Of a stretch of 63,821 nt of DNA, positions 28,109-36,168 are shown piece after piece. Both the position numbers and the translations under genes were made by a program. The notes under the pieces were generated by a model that ran no database searches, was not told the DNA's origin, and worked only from the letters and a program-made list of their open reading frames with translations. Position 1 is the first letter of the stretch. Each line of letters starts with the position of its first letter. Source of the DNA: Alphaproteobacteria bacterium (GTDB taxonomy: Bacteria; Pseudomonadota; Alphaproteobacteria; Micavibrionales; Micavibrionaceae); NCBI GenBank assembly GCA_023700945.1, contig JAMPXY010000001.1, positions 1-63,821 of the forward strand, in the 5' to 3' direction.

Positions 28109-29503
28109 TTATCCGGTTTGCTGTCTGGTCCGGGCCATAGGGACGATGGCGGCTTCGGGGTTTTCCGGTTTCAGGGTTTCCTTAAACCGTACCGCCTGCC
28201 CGCAAGGCAGGCCGCTGACCTCGCCGTCTTGCATCACGACTTGCCCGCGGATGATAGTGGCGGTCGGCCAGCCGGTAACTTTCATGCCATCATAAGGGGT
28301 CCAGCCCGATTTGGATTTCTGCTGTTTGTTGGTGATTTCCTTTTTGGCCTTCATATCGACCACGGTAAAATCCGCGTCATAGCCGGGGCAGATCCGGCCT
28401 TTGCCGGCAATCTGGTGGACGCGCGCCGGACCAGAAGCGGTCAAATCGACAAAGCGCTCGAGCGTCAGGCGGCCCTCGTTGACATGGTTCAGCATCACCG
28501 GCACCAGTGTTTGGACACCGGGTGTGCCGCTGGGGCTGGCAGGATAGGTTTTGGCCTTCTCGTCGAGGGTATGGGGAGCATGGTCGGATCCAAGAATATC
28601 GATCAGGCCATTACGAACCGCCCGCCACAAGGCGTCTTGATGACGTTGTTCACGAATCGGGGGGTTTTGCTGGGCGTGGGTACCCAGACGGTCATAACAG
28701 TCCGGGGCAGCCAGTGTCAGGTGATTGGGCAGGACTTCACAGGTCGCAATATCACGGTTTTGGGTCAGTACAGCGAGTTCTTCGGCGGTCGAAATATGCA
28801 GGACATGGACGCGGCGGCCACATTCGCGGGCGATCCGGAGCAGACGGGTTGTGGCGCTGACACAGGACTCCGGCGAACGCCAGACTGGATGCAGCCGGAC
28901 ATCATTACTGTTACCAAGAATGGTTTTTTTGTTTTCATTCATCATCATTTCGTCTTCGGCATGGACGGCCACGACCCGCTGGCCGTTGGCCAGCACCGCA
29001 CGAACTTCCTCATCTGTCGCTGACAGCAGGTCACCCGTTGAAGATCCCATGAAGATTTTGACACCACAAACGCCGGGTAAATTTTCCCATGCCGGCAGTT
29101 CGCGGGCATTGATCGCCGTACCGCCAAAATAAAAGGCGTAATCGCAATAGGCGGATTGGCTGGCGATGTCCATTTTTTGCGCCAGCGTTTCCGGTGTGGT
29201 GGTCAGCGGTATGGTATTCGGCATTTCAAAGATAGCGGTGACGCCCCCCACGGCGGCGGCCATAGTGCCATGCTCGATATCTTCTTTATGGGTTGCCCCA
29301 GGTTCCCGGAAGTGAACTTGCGTGTCTATAACCCCAGGCAGGATATGCAGACCCCGGCAGGGGATAATATTAGCAGCGCCAGCTCCTTCGAGATCACCGA
29401 TCGCGGCGATTTTGCCATCACGGACGCCGATATCGACCTCCAGTGTCATTCCCGGCAAAACGGCGGTACCACCACGTAAAATTAGGTCAAAAATGTCGCT
29501 CAT
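28109..29503 (-). CDS. dihydroorotase-like cyclic amidohydrolase (type I PyrC family)
   Basis: 464 aa. 'LPGVIDTQVHFREPG..HKEDIEHGT.AA..GGVT..FEMPNT', 'GVKIFMG', 'VHAED', 'HVLHIST' and 'GSDHAPH'. The first His of the HxH motif is Gln. Confidence 0.78.
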   Translation of the reverse strand: MSDIFDLILRGGTAVLPGMTLEVDIGVRDGKIAAIGDLEGAGAANIIPCRGLHILPGVIDTQVHFREPGATHKEDIEHGTMAAAVGGVTAIFEMPNTIPLTTTPETLAQKMDIASQSAYCDYAFYFGGTAINARELPAWENLPGVCGVKIFMGSSTGDLLSATDEEVRAVLANGQRVVAVHAEDEMMMNENKKTILGNSNDVRLHPVWRSPESCVSATTRLLRIARECGRRVHVLHISTAEELAVLTQNRDIATCEVLPNHLTLAAPDCYDRLGTHAQQNPPIREQRHQDALWRAVRNGLIDILGSDHAPHTLDEKAKTYPASPSGTPGVQTLVPVMLNHVNEGRLTLERFVDLTASGPARVHQIAGKGRICPGYDADFTVVDMKAKKEITNKQQKSKSGWTPYDGMKVTGWPTATIIRGQVVMQDGEVSGLPCGQAVRFKETLKPENPEAAIVPMARTRQQTG

Positions 29504-29665
29504 TTTAAAACTTTCCAGAACTCGGCTTTCATCGAGGGGGATTCCCGCCTCTGCATAAAGCCTTTATGATCATGTTGGTAATCATACAGGGGCCTCCCCT
29601 GAACCATACAGAGAAAATTAATAATTGTCATAAAATAATAAGGGAAAAGAAGGACAGCGGCAGAC

Positions 29666-30559
29666 ATGAAGACGATCCGGGAAAGCCCCGAACATCACTT
29701 TCTAACTTTTCTCGAGCAGGCGCGCCAAAATGGCACCGACTGGTATGCGATTCATTGCGCTCAGTCGGAAACCATTATCCATGATGACATGATTGCTGAC
29801 CCTGCGCATATCAAGGGGAGACTGCACGAATATCGCCAGTCTTGTGAAGCCTTGGTCAATCGTCTGACAAAGGCGGCGGTCGATTTCAGCGATGCCATGC
29901 TTTATGTTTTTACCGATGGCGATTTACTACTGCTGGCCAACCCGGGCGGTGGAATAGAAGAAAACGCTCTGCAAAATTTTTACCGTGAATTGGCGGGGGA
30001 TTTGAGTGGTCGTTATTGCCGCTACGGAAATTTAAGCCGTGATATCTATAGCTATCAAAGGCTGGTTGATGAGCGCTTTATTTCGGCCCGGCGTATTCAG
30101 GCTTATGAAACCATGGCGGATGAGGTCAGGGTCAGTTCCTTGCCGCTGCGGCGTGGACGCCGCAAGGATACGATGGTTATGATTGTGGAAGACGATCGTT
30201 TCACTGCGGCCTATGCGGCCAATATTCTCAATAAGGACTACGAAATCATCCATGCCAAAATCGGGGAAGATGCGATTATTGCGTATCTCGATCATGCGCC
30301 GGATATTGTATTTCTCGATATTCACCTGCCAGGCCTCAGTGGTCACCAGACTTTGGATGCGCTCCGCAAGATCGATCCGGTTGCTCATATTGTCATGCTG
30401 AGTGTGGATGCGGTTAAAACCAATATTGTCGAAGCCTCCAAGGGTGGGGCGGCGGGATTCCTGAAGAAGCCGTTCACCAAGGATCGTATGATCGCCATGG
30501 TTAAAGCCTCGCCTTTTTACAAGCCACCACGGGCGGGTGGTTTGCCCCAACATCTGTAA
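29666..30559 (+). CDS. response regulator with a C-terminal receiver and an N-terminal domain of unknown function
   Basis: 297 aa. Residues ~170-285 form a CheY-like receiver ('VMIVEDD', 'VFLDIHLPGLSG', 'VMLS', 'FLKKPF'). I do not recognise the first ~165 aa. Confidence 0.75.
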   Translation: MKTIRESPEHHFLTFLEQARQNGTDWYAIHCAQSETIIHDDMIADPAHIKGRLHEYRQSCEALVNRLTKAAVDFSDAMLYVFTDGDLLLLANPGGGIEENALQNFYRELAGDLSGRYCRYGNLSRDIYSYQRLVDERFISARRIQAYETMADEVRVSSLPLRRGRRKDTMVMIVEDDRFTAAYAANILNKDYEIIHAKIGEDAIIAYLDHAPDIVFLDIHLPGLSGHQTLDALRKIDPVAHIVMLSVDAVKTNIVEASKGGAAGFLKKPFTKDRMIAMVKASPFYKPPRAGGLPQHL

Positions 30560-30623
30560 TCGCTATTGCTCCAGGCTCGAAAATCATGTTTTCTGAGGCC
30601 GTGAGTTAGCGAAAGACGGTATC

Positions 30624-32012
30624 ATGACGATCTTAACCCTGCATAACACCCTGACGGGCCGCAAAGAGGCCTTTCGTCCTATCGAGCCCGCGCATGTGCG
30701 GGTTTATGCCTGCGGCCCCACAGTTTATAATTATGCCCATATTGGTAATGGCCGCATGGCGGTGGTGTTTGATCTGCTGGTGCGGGTGCTACGCGAAATC
30801 TATCCCCGAGTAACCTACGTTTCAAATATCACCGATGTCGATGATAAAATCATGGACGCCGCCCGCCAGAACGGCGAGGCGATTGATATCATCACCCGTC
30901 GTTATGAGGCTATCTATAACGAGGATATGGCAGCGCTGGGAGTGGTTAAACCCGATATTCAGCCGCGGGCGACCGAACATATCAGCGAGATGATTGCTCA
31001 GATCGAACAGTTGATTGCGCGTGACCATGCTTATGCCGTACAGGGTCATGCCTTGTTTCACGTGCCTTCATTCCCGGCCTATGGTGGCCTGTCCGGGCGC
31101 AGCCGCGATGACCAAATCGCAGGGGCGCGGGTTGAGGTCTCGCCGTTTAAAAAAGATCCGGCTGATTTTGTGCTGTGGAAACCCAGCACGTCTGAACAGC
31201 CGGGATGGGATTCGCCGTGGGGGCGCGGGCGTCCGGGTTGGCATATTGAATGCTCGGCGATGGCAGAAAAGCATCTCGGTTTGCCATTCGATATTCATGG
31301 CGGTGGTGCCGATCTTAAATTTCCTCACCATGAAAATGAAATTGCGCAAAGCTGCTGCGCTCATGGTCATGAAAATGATCTATCAGCCTTTGCCCGGTAC
31401 TGGGTGCATAACGGTTTTGTCACGGTCGATGGTGAAAAAATGTCAAAGTCCATCGGCAATATCCGGCTGGTGCATGATCTGATTTCACATTATCCGGGCG
31501 AGGTTTTGCGCCTGACGTTGCTTTCGGCGCATTATCGGGCCCCGCTTAGTTTTACTGCTGATGCGCTCGATCAGGCGCGCAGTACGTTGGATCGCTATTA
31601 TCGCATTCTCTTCGACCTCAAGGAGGTCGAAGCCGGAGCTGGTACAGTGCCGGCTGCGGTGTTAAACGCTTTGTGCGATGATCTGAATACGCCACAAGTG
31701 ATTGCCGAGCTTAATGCTTTGGTGCGTGATGTCGCCAATGCTGATCTATCCCAGCGTCAGCAGATCAAGGCTTCACTTCTGGCCACAGGTGACTTGTTGG
31801 GGTTGTTGCAGACTGATCCGGCTGCCTGGCTGGGCTACGGTGTACAGGACGGAGTTGACGGTGTGGCGATTGAGAAATTGTTGCAGGAACGTCAGAACGC
31901 CCGTCAGAGCAAGGACTTTGGCCGCGCCGATGAAATACGCCGTGAACTCTCTGCAATGGGAATTGAGATCGAGGATACACCGCAAGGTACCAAATGGCGC
32001 AAGGCCTCGTAA
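30624..32012 (+). CDS. cysS: cysteine--tRNA ligase
   Basis: 462 aa with the HIGH motif 'YNYAHIGNGR', 'WHIECSAM' and the KMSKS motif. Confidence 0.95.
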   Translation: MTILTLHNTLTGRKEAFRPIEPAHVRVYACGPTVYNYAHIGNGRMAVVFDLLVRVLREIYPRVTYVSNITDVDDKIMDAARQNGEAIDIITRRYEAIYNEDMAALGVVKPDIQPRATEHISEMIAQIEQLIARDHAYAVQGHALFHVPSFPAYGGLSGRSRDDQIAGARVEVSPFKKDPADFVLWKPSTSEQPGWDSPWGRGRPGWHIECSAMAEKHLGLPFDIHGGGADLKFPHHENEIAQSCCAHGHENDLSAFARYWVHNGFVTVDGEKMSKSIGNIRLVHDLISHYPGEVLRLTLLSAHYRAPLSFTADALDQARSTLDRYYRILFDLKEVEAGAGTVPAAVLNALCDDLNTPQVIAELNALVRDVANADLSQRQQIKASLLATGDLLGLLQTDPAAWLGYGVQDGVDGVAIEKLLQERQNARQSKDFGRADEIRRELSAMGIEIEDTPQGTKWRKAS

Positions 32013-32035
32013 AGTGAGGACCTGCAGATGAACGG

Positions 32036-32758
32036 TCAGCGGGCAATCAAGACCTGATAATAAATATACTTGGAGGTATTCTGGTCGCGGTAGCAACCCG
32101 CTGACCGGGCCATGAGCAACGGATCTTCGTCGCTTAAAGTTTCAACATTCGCGAAGGTCCCGGCAAAGAGCGTCATGTCAGTCGCGTTATCGCTGACAGG
32201 GATTGCGTTCTTATCACTGTAACCAAGAATTTTATTGATTAGCTGGCAGGTTTCCAGCCTGACATCCGGCACCAGCATCAAAAGCTCGCTGCAGACCGCC
32301 GTGCCACAAACCGACCCTATATTTTCGACTTGGTTGCTGCCGGTGAAGAGATAGGGGGTGCCTGCCGTAGCCACACCCATATCCGGGGGCAGACGGTAGG
32401 TGATACCGCCGCCTTCGGGGTGAAAGATTTCAGCCGCCGGGTTGGTGCCATAGGTGCCATACGTCGCGTTGGCATCGGGGTGTGCGAAACTGAGGGCCTC
32501 GGCGGCGATTCCGCGCAGGCGCAGCATGCCGGCGGCCTTGTTCAGGGCATCGCCATAGGAAATGATTTCAGAAGCGGCCAACCGGGCGCGGTCCTCATTG
32601 AGGGTCTTGCCGCTCGAGCGGCTGCCTTCGGCCACGGCAAACGACAAGGCCGCCAGTAAGACAATCGCGACAAAAATATAAAAAATAGCGTTACCGCTTT
32701 CGGAATTTCTCATGTTGTCCAGTCTATCAGACGCGGAATTTTTTGAAATCGGCTTCAT
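32036..32758 (-). CDS. hypothetical membrane-anchored/exported protein with a pilin-like N-terminal helix
   Basis: 240 aa. It has a single N-terminal hydrophobic segment, 'GNAIFYIFVAIVLLAALSFAV', and four Cys in the C-terminal half. The start is uncertain (M1 or M16). Confidence 0.45.
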   Translation of the reverse strand: MKPISKNSASDRLDNMRNSESGNAIFYIFVAIVLLAALSFAVAEGSRSSGKTLNEDRARLAASEIISYGDALNKAAGMLRLRGIAAEALSFAHPDANATYGTYGTNPAAEIFHPEGGGITYRLPPDMGVATAGTPYLFTGSNQVENIGSVCGTAVCSELLMLVPDVRLETCQLINKILGYSDKNAIPVSDNATDMTLFAGTFANVETLSDEDPLLMARSAGCYRDQNTSKYIYYQVLIAR

Positions 32759-33179
32759 TGGCCTTGGGGATATGGACGGGTATGGTTGTAAGACCGTGGG
32801 CGACCAGCGTCAGAAAGGTCGCCCGCCCCGAGCCGATTTCAACATTATCGAGCATGCCAATCCCGAGAACCGGTTTATCAAGGGGCTGGTGGCTGGCCAG
32901 AGCGGCCTCAACCGCTTCGCGGCGGGGGCGTTCTGTCTCCGAGAGCTCGGCAGCTGACTTGATGCGCCCGTCCGGCAGTAGCCATTCAAAGGAAAACAGT
33001 GATTCGCGCCAGCTTTTCATGACTTTTCCGGTATCGACTGTAATGTCGATATAATGATCCGGGCGGCCTTTCGCCACCGGGTTGTCGGTGAAGGTGAGGT
33101 CTTTTGGCTCTGTGTGGGCCGGTGCTGGCATAGCTGGCTGCATCCTTTGCAAAGACTGCTTGAAACGGTTGCCCGTCAA
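32727..33179 (-). CDS. hypothetical protein (150 aa)
   Basis: The ORF overlaps the downstream gene by 32 nt, so the two are probably an operon. The track start is TTG; an internal ATG at 33143 is also possible. I recognise no domain. Confidence 0.4.
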   Translation of the reverse strand: MTGNRFKQSLQRMQPAMPAPAHTEPKDLTFTDNPVAKGRPDHYIDITVDTGKVMKSWRESLFSFEWLLPDGRIKSAAELSETERPRREAVEAALASHQPLDKPVLGIGMLDNVEIGSGRATFLTLVAHGLTTIPVHIPKANEADFKKFRV

Positions 33180-33240
33180 TGTCAGATTACGAGGGAATTG
33201 GAAATAAATCGTAAAGCCCTCTTAGTATTAGGGAAACTAA

Positions 33241-33438
33241 ATGAACCAGCCTACCCCAAAAGCCGGGACTCCGGCCCCGGAAATCCTGATCGTTGATGAC
33301 GATGCCGACGAGGTGTCTTGCGATGGTGGCGGCGGGGCGCTCGGGCACCCGGTGGTATGGTATAGCTTCGATGGCCGCAGCTCTGTGACTTGTCAGTATT
33401 GCGACCGTGAATTTGTCAAACGCAGCCATCGTGGCTGA
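33241..33438 (+). CDS. zinc-finger (zf-CHCC, NDUFS6-like) domain protein
   Basis: 65 aa. 'EVSCDGGGGALGHPVVWYSFDGRSSVTCQYCDREF' matches the small zf-CHCC proteins conserved in alphaproteobacteria. Confidence 0.75.
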   Translation: MNQPTPKAGTPAPEILIVDDDADEVSCDGGGGALGHPVVWYSFDGRSSVTCQYCDREFVKRSHRG

Positions 33439-33465
33439 TCTGTTACGCCCTGCTTTTTGGCGGGT

Positions 33466-33495
33466 TTGATTTTACAGCACGACTTTCTATATAAT
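33466..33495 (+). promoter_or_regulatory. candidate promoter of the hsp20 operon
   Basis: TTGATT (33466-33471), 18 nt, then TATAAT (33490-33495). It also loosely resembles the alphaproteobacterial RpoH pattern (TTTG-N18-CTATATA). It leaves a ~70 nt leader. Confidence 0.4.
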
Positions 33496-33567
33496 TAGGC
33501 AGGTGGTGCTGCATGGTGCGGGCCGCCAGTTAGTTTGATTGCTCGCTTTTGACAGGGGCTTTGACCG

Positions 33568-34053
33568 ATGAATAATCCGCGACTTTCACTGTTTGACCAT
33601 CCTTTTTTCCTCGGGTTCGATCATTTCGAACGTGAGCTGGATCGTTTGAAAAAAACTTCTGATGGCTACCCGCCCTACAATGTTGAGCAGGTTGGTGAAC
33701 ATGGCTTGCGTATTTCGCTCGCGGTGGCCGGGTTTACCATGAAGGATCTGGATATCGAACTCGATCACAACCAGCTGACCATTCGCGGCAAGCAAGAAGA
33801 TGACGGTACCCGCCTTTACCTGCATCGCGGGATTGCCGCCCGGCAGTTTCAGCGCAATTTTGTGCTGGCTGATGGGATCGAGGTTCTGGGCGCAGCGCTT
33901 GATAATGGCTTGCTGCATATTGATATGCGGCGTATTCAGCCGGAGAGTACCGCACGCAAGATTGAAATCCGGGCCAAGACTTCTAACGGCACGGCGCTTG
34001 CCGCCCCTCAGGCGATTGATGTTGAAGTCACCAACCGGAGGGAAAGCGAATGA
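33568..34053 (+). CDS. small heat-shock protein (Hsp20/IbpA family)
   Basis: 161 aa with the alpha-crystallin domain: 'YPPYNVE...ISLAVAGF...DL.IE......L.I.G', 'YLHRGIA.R.F.R.F.LAD' and 'A.L.NGLL.I'. Confidence 0.9.
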   Translation: MNNPRLSLFDHPFFLGFDHFERELDRLKKTSDGYPPYNVEQVGEHGLRISLAVAGFTMKDLDIELDHNQLTIRGKQEDDGTRLYLHRGIAARQFQRNFVLADGIEVLGAALDNGLLHIDMRRIQPESTARKIEIRAKTSNGTALAAPQAIDVEVTNRRESE

Positions 34054-34280
34054 ATACCGTTCCTCTTCATTCATCTGCGGCGTTGCGCGATCTTTCGGCG
34101 CAGGATTTTCTTGCCTTTGGGTTGGCACAGATGGCTTATGTCCGCCCGATCAAAGTGGAAGGACAGGCAGCTTGGGCACTGCATGCGGCGGATGGCACGG
34201 TGCTGACCATCCAGAATCAAGCCCTGCTGGTTGAGGCTTTGGCTCGGCAGAACGACCTTGAGCCGGTGTCTTTGCATTGA
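34050..34280 (+). CDS. DUF1150 family protein
   Basis: 76 aa and overlaps the hsp20 stop by 4 nt. 'FGLAQMAYVRPIKVEGQAAWALHAADGT.L' is typical of DUF1150, the usual hsp20 partner in alphaproteobacteria. Confidence 0.75.
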   Translation: MNTVPLHSSAALRDLSAQDFLAFGLAQMAYVRPIKVEGQAAWALHAADGTVLTIQNQALLVEALARQNDLEPVSLH

Positions 34281-34292
34281 TCCTTGATGTTT

Positions 34293-34342
34293 AAAAAAGC
34301 GAAAGGCTGGTTCCGCAAGAAGCAAAACCAGCCTTTCTTGTC
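34293..34342. terminator. rho-independent terminator between convergent operons
   Basis: A 12 bp stem, GAAAGGCTGGTT (34301-34312) with AACCAGCCTTTC (34326-34337). An A-run precedes it and a T-rich stretch follows. Confidence 0.75.
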
Positions 34343-34543
34343 TTGGAAAGTCGTGAACCCCAGGGCAATTGGAGTATTCCCCTTCCCAAACCTCACGCGG
34401 GCCGCCGTCTCCATGACTGGAATCCCAAAAATCCGGCGGATCAGCGTGTCAAACTTATGATCTAAGGCCTCACCATGGCAAATGGGGCGGGGGGCTGTCA
34501 AATGGTTTGCTGCCGAGACAAGTCTTAAAATAAAAACAGAGAC

Positions 34544-35068
34544 TTAGGCAGCGGCGAGGAGACGTTGGCTGCTTTGATCGAGTAAACTGCGTAGTCCATC
34601 GGCATCGGCAGCGCTACGCAAATCCTCAAGCAGGGCTGGGTTGCGCATCAGTCGGGAAATGCGCGAGAGGCGGCGCAAATGGTGTGGGCCGTCACTGCCG
34701 GGCGAGAGCAGCATCATAATCAGATCGACCGGATAATCATCAACGGCGTTAAAGTCTACCGGACGGGCGAGGCGGGCCATGATGATGAAGGGTTTTTGTA
34801 GTTTGGGCAGACGCAAATGAGGAATAGCCACCCCTTCACCAATCCCGGAACTGGCGTGTTGCTCACGTGTCATTAGCTGGGTAAACAAGGTCCGCGCCGG
34901 AAATCCCGTCATCATGTCAACCTTGTTAGAAATCGTCTGATAGGCCTGCGTGATATGCGGAGCCTTGAGATCCGGCAGGATTAAATCAATCGACAGGCGT
35001 TCATCATCAGAAACGTACAAGGGCAAACCTCTATTGATTCGTGTGCGTCTATGCTGCATCCAATACAA
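34544..35068 (-). CDS. ptsN: PTS IIA-Ntr nitrogen regulatory protein
   Basis: 174 aa with the phosphorylation-site region 'SSGIGEGVAIPHLRL' and 'VDLIMMLLSP'. It is downstream of rpoN-hpf. The exact start is uncertain. Confidence 0.85.
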   Translation of the reverse strand: MYWMQHRRTRINRGLPLYVSDDERLSIDLILPDLKAPHITQAYQTISNKVDMMTGFPARTLFTQLMTREQHASSGIGEGVAIPHLRLPKLQKPFIIMARLARPVDFNAVDDYPVDLIMMLLSPGSDGPHHLRRLSRISRLMRNPALLEDLRSAADADGLRSLLDQSSQRLLAAA

Positions 35069-35172
35069 TAGATCATCCTGCCAATCCAGAAACTTCTCCT
35101 GTGCATCGCATAAAAAATTGTAATAAAAACAATCTGTAAAGCCACACGTGGCGCCCCGGTTTTTTTCAAAGT

Positions 35173-35197
35173 AAAACGCCCCAAAAAGGGGCGTTTT
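35173..35197. terminator. perfect hairpin terminator between hpf and ptsN
   Basis: AAAACGCCCC-aaaaa-GGGGCGTTTT, symmetric with A/T runs built into both arms. Confidence 0.8.
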
Positions 35198-35227
35198 GAT
35201 TCTGACTAACCAAAAAGAGGGAGGGCC

Positions 35228-36001
35228 TCAGGCGCGCTTGCGCGTGGCTTTGGCAACCGCTTTCTTGGGTGCGGCTTTTTTGGCCGCCGTTTTTTTCTTG
35301 GCTGGCAGTTTCTTTACATTCGATTTGCCCGCCGGTTTTTTAGTCGCGGCTTTCTTGGCTGCGGGCTTGGCCACAGCCTTGCTCGCGGGTTTGGCCGTTG
35401 TCTTGGGGGCGCTCGCAGTCAGACCAGGGTCAACCCAGCCGATATTACCGTCAGCCCGGCGATAGACCATGTTGATCCCGCCATGTTTGGCGCTGCGGAA
35501 CAAGAATGCATTCTGGTGTGCCAGATCCAGACGCATCACGGCCTCGGACACGGTCAGAGTCGGGATATGTGTGGTCATTTCAGCGATCACTAACGCTTCA
35601 TCGCCCTTCGCGGCCTCCTCTTCCTCTGAATCATTGCTCGAAAGGGTATAGTCACGTGCCTTCAGCATTTCAATTTCAGGCGAGGTTTGCAGACGGTCGT
35701 GGTGATCACGCAGACGGCGCTTGTAACGGCGCAGTTGTTTGGCGGCTTTTTCGGCAGCGGTATCAAAAGAGAGGTAGGCATCACCTTCCTCGGCATCGGC
35801 CATCACCATAATCTGGCTACCGACCCGGATTGATATTTGCGCACGAATCAGGCCGTGACCGTGACCTTCTTTGGAAAAAGTTATGTTTGCATCAGTGCCA
35901 TGGTTAAAATACTTGCTGTTGATGTCTTCCAATTTGTTGGTGACATGGGTGCGCAGGGCATCGCCCACGCTCATCTGTTTACCTTGTACGGTAATATGCA
36001 T
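35228..36001 (-). CDS. hpf: ribosome hibernation promoting factor (long form) with a Lys/Ala/Pro-rich C-terminal tail
   Basis: Start taken at MHITVQGK (36001). The N-terminal sigma54-modulation/S30EA domain and the C-terminal dimerisation domain ('EAVMRLDL....F.FR......NMVYRRADGNIGWVDP') are both present. About 64 aa of 'AKPA.KA.AKKAA.KK' tail follows. Confidence 0.9.
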   Translation of the reverse strand: MHITVQGKQMSVGDALRTHVTNKLEDINSKYFNHGTDANITFSKEGHGHGLIRAQISIRVGSQIMVMADAEEGDAYLSFDTAAEKAAKQLRRYKRRLRDHHDRLQTSPEIEMLKARDYTLSSNDSEEEEAAKGDEALVIAEMTTHIPTLTVSEAVMRLDLAHQNAFLFRSAKHGGINMVYRRADGNIGWVDPGLTASAPKTTAKPASKAVAKPAAKKAATKKPAGKSNVKKLPAKKKTAAKKAAPKKAVAKATRKRA

Positions 36002-36168
36002 GGCATTCACTTCCATCTGTTGGTGTTGGGAAAATCAAATCGTCGGAAAGTTTGAAAGGATTATGTGTTTTTGGCAAGTCCCCCCTCCTTCTTCCATCTT
36101 AGACCTGAGAATATTGTCAAATCATTAAGGAATATCTAAGCCTTTCAGGCCTTGATATAGGTCAGGCT

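Noticed and set aside
33496-33567. A possible ROSE-type RNA thermometer in the hsp20 leader.
   Set aside because: A 'UUGCUCGC' stretch is present, but I could not fold a convincing hairpin that sequesters the weak SD. It is not supportable without folding and covariation analysis.
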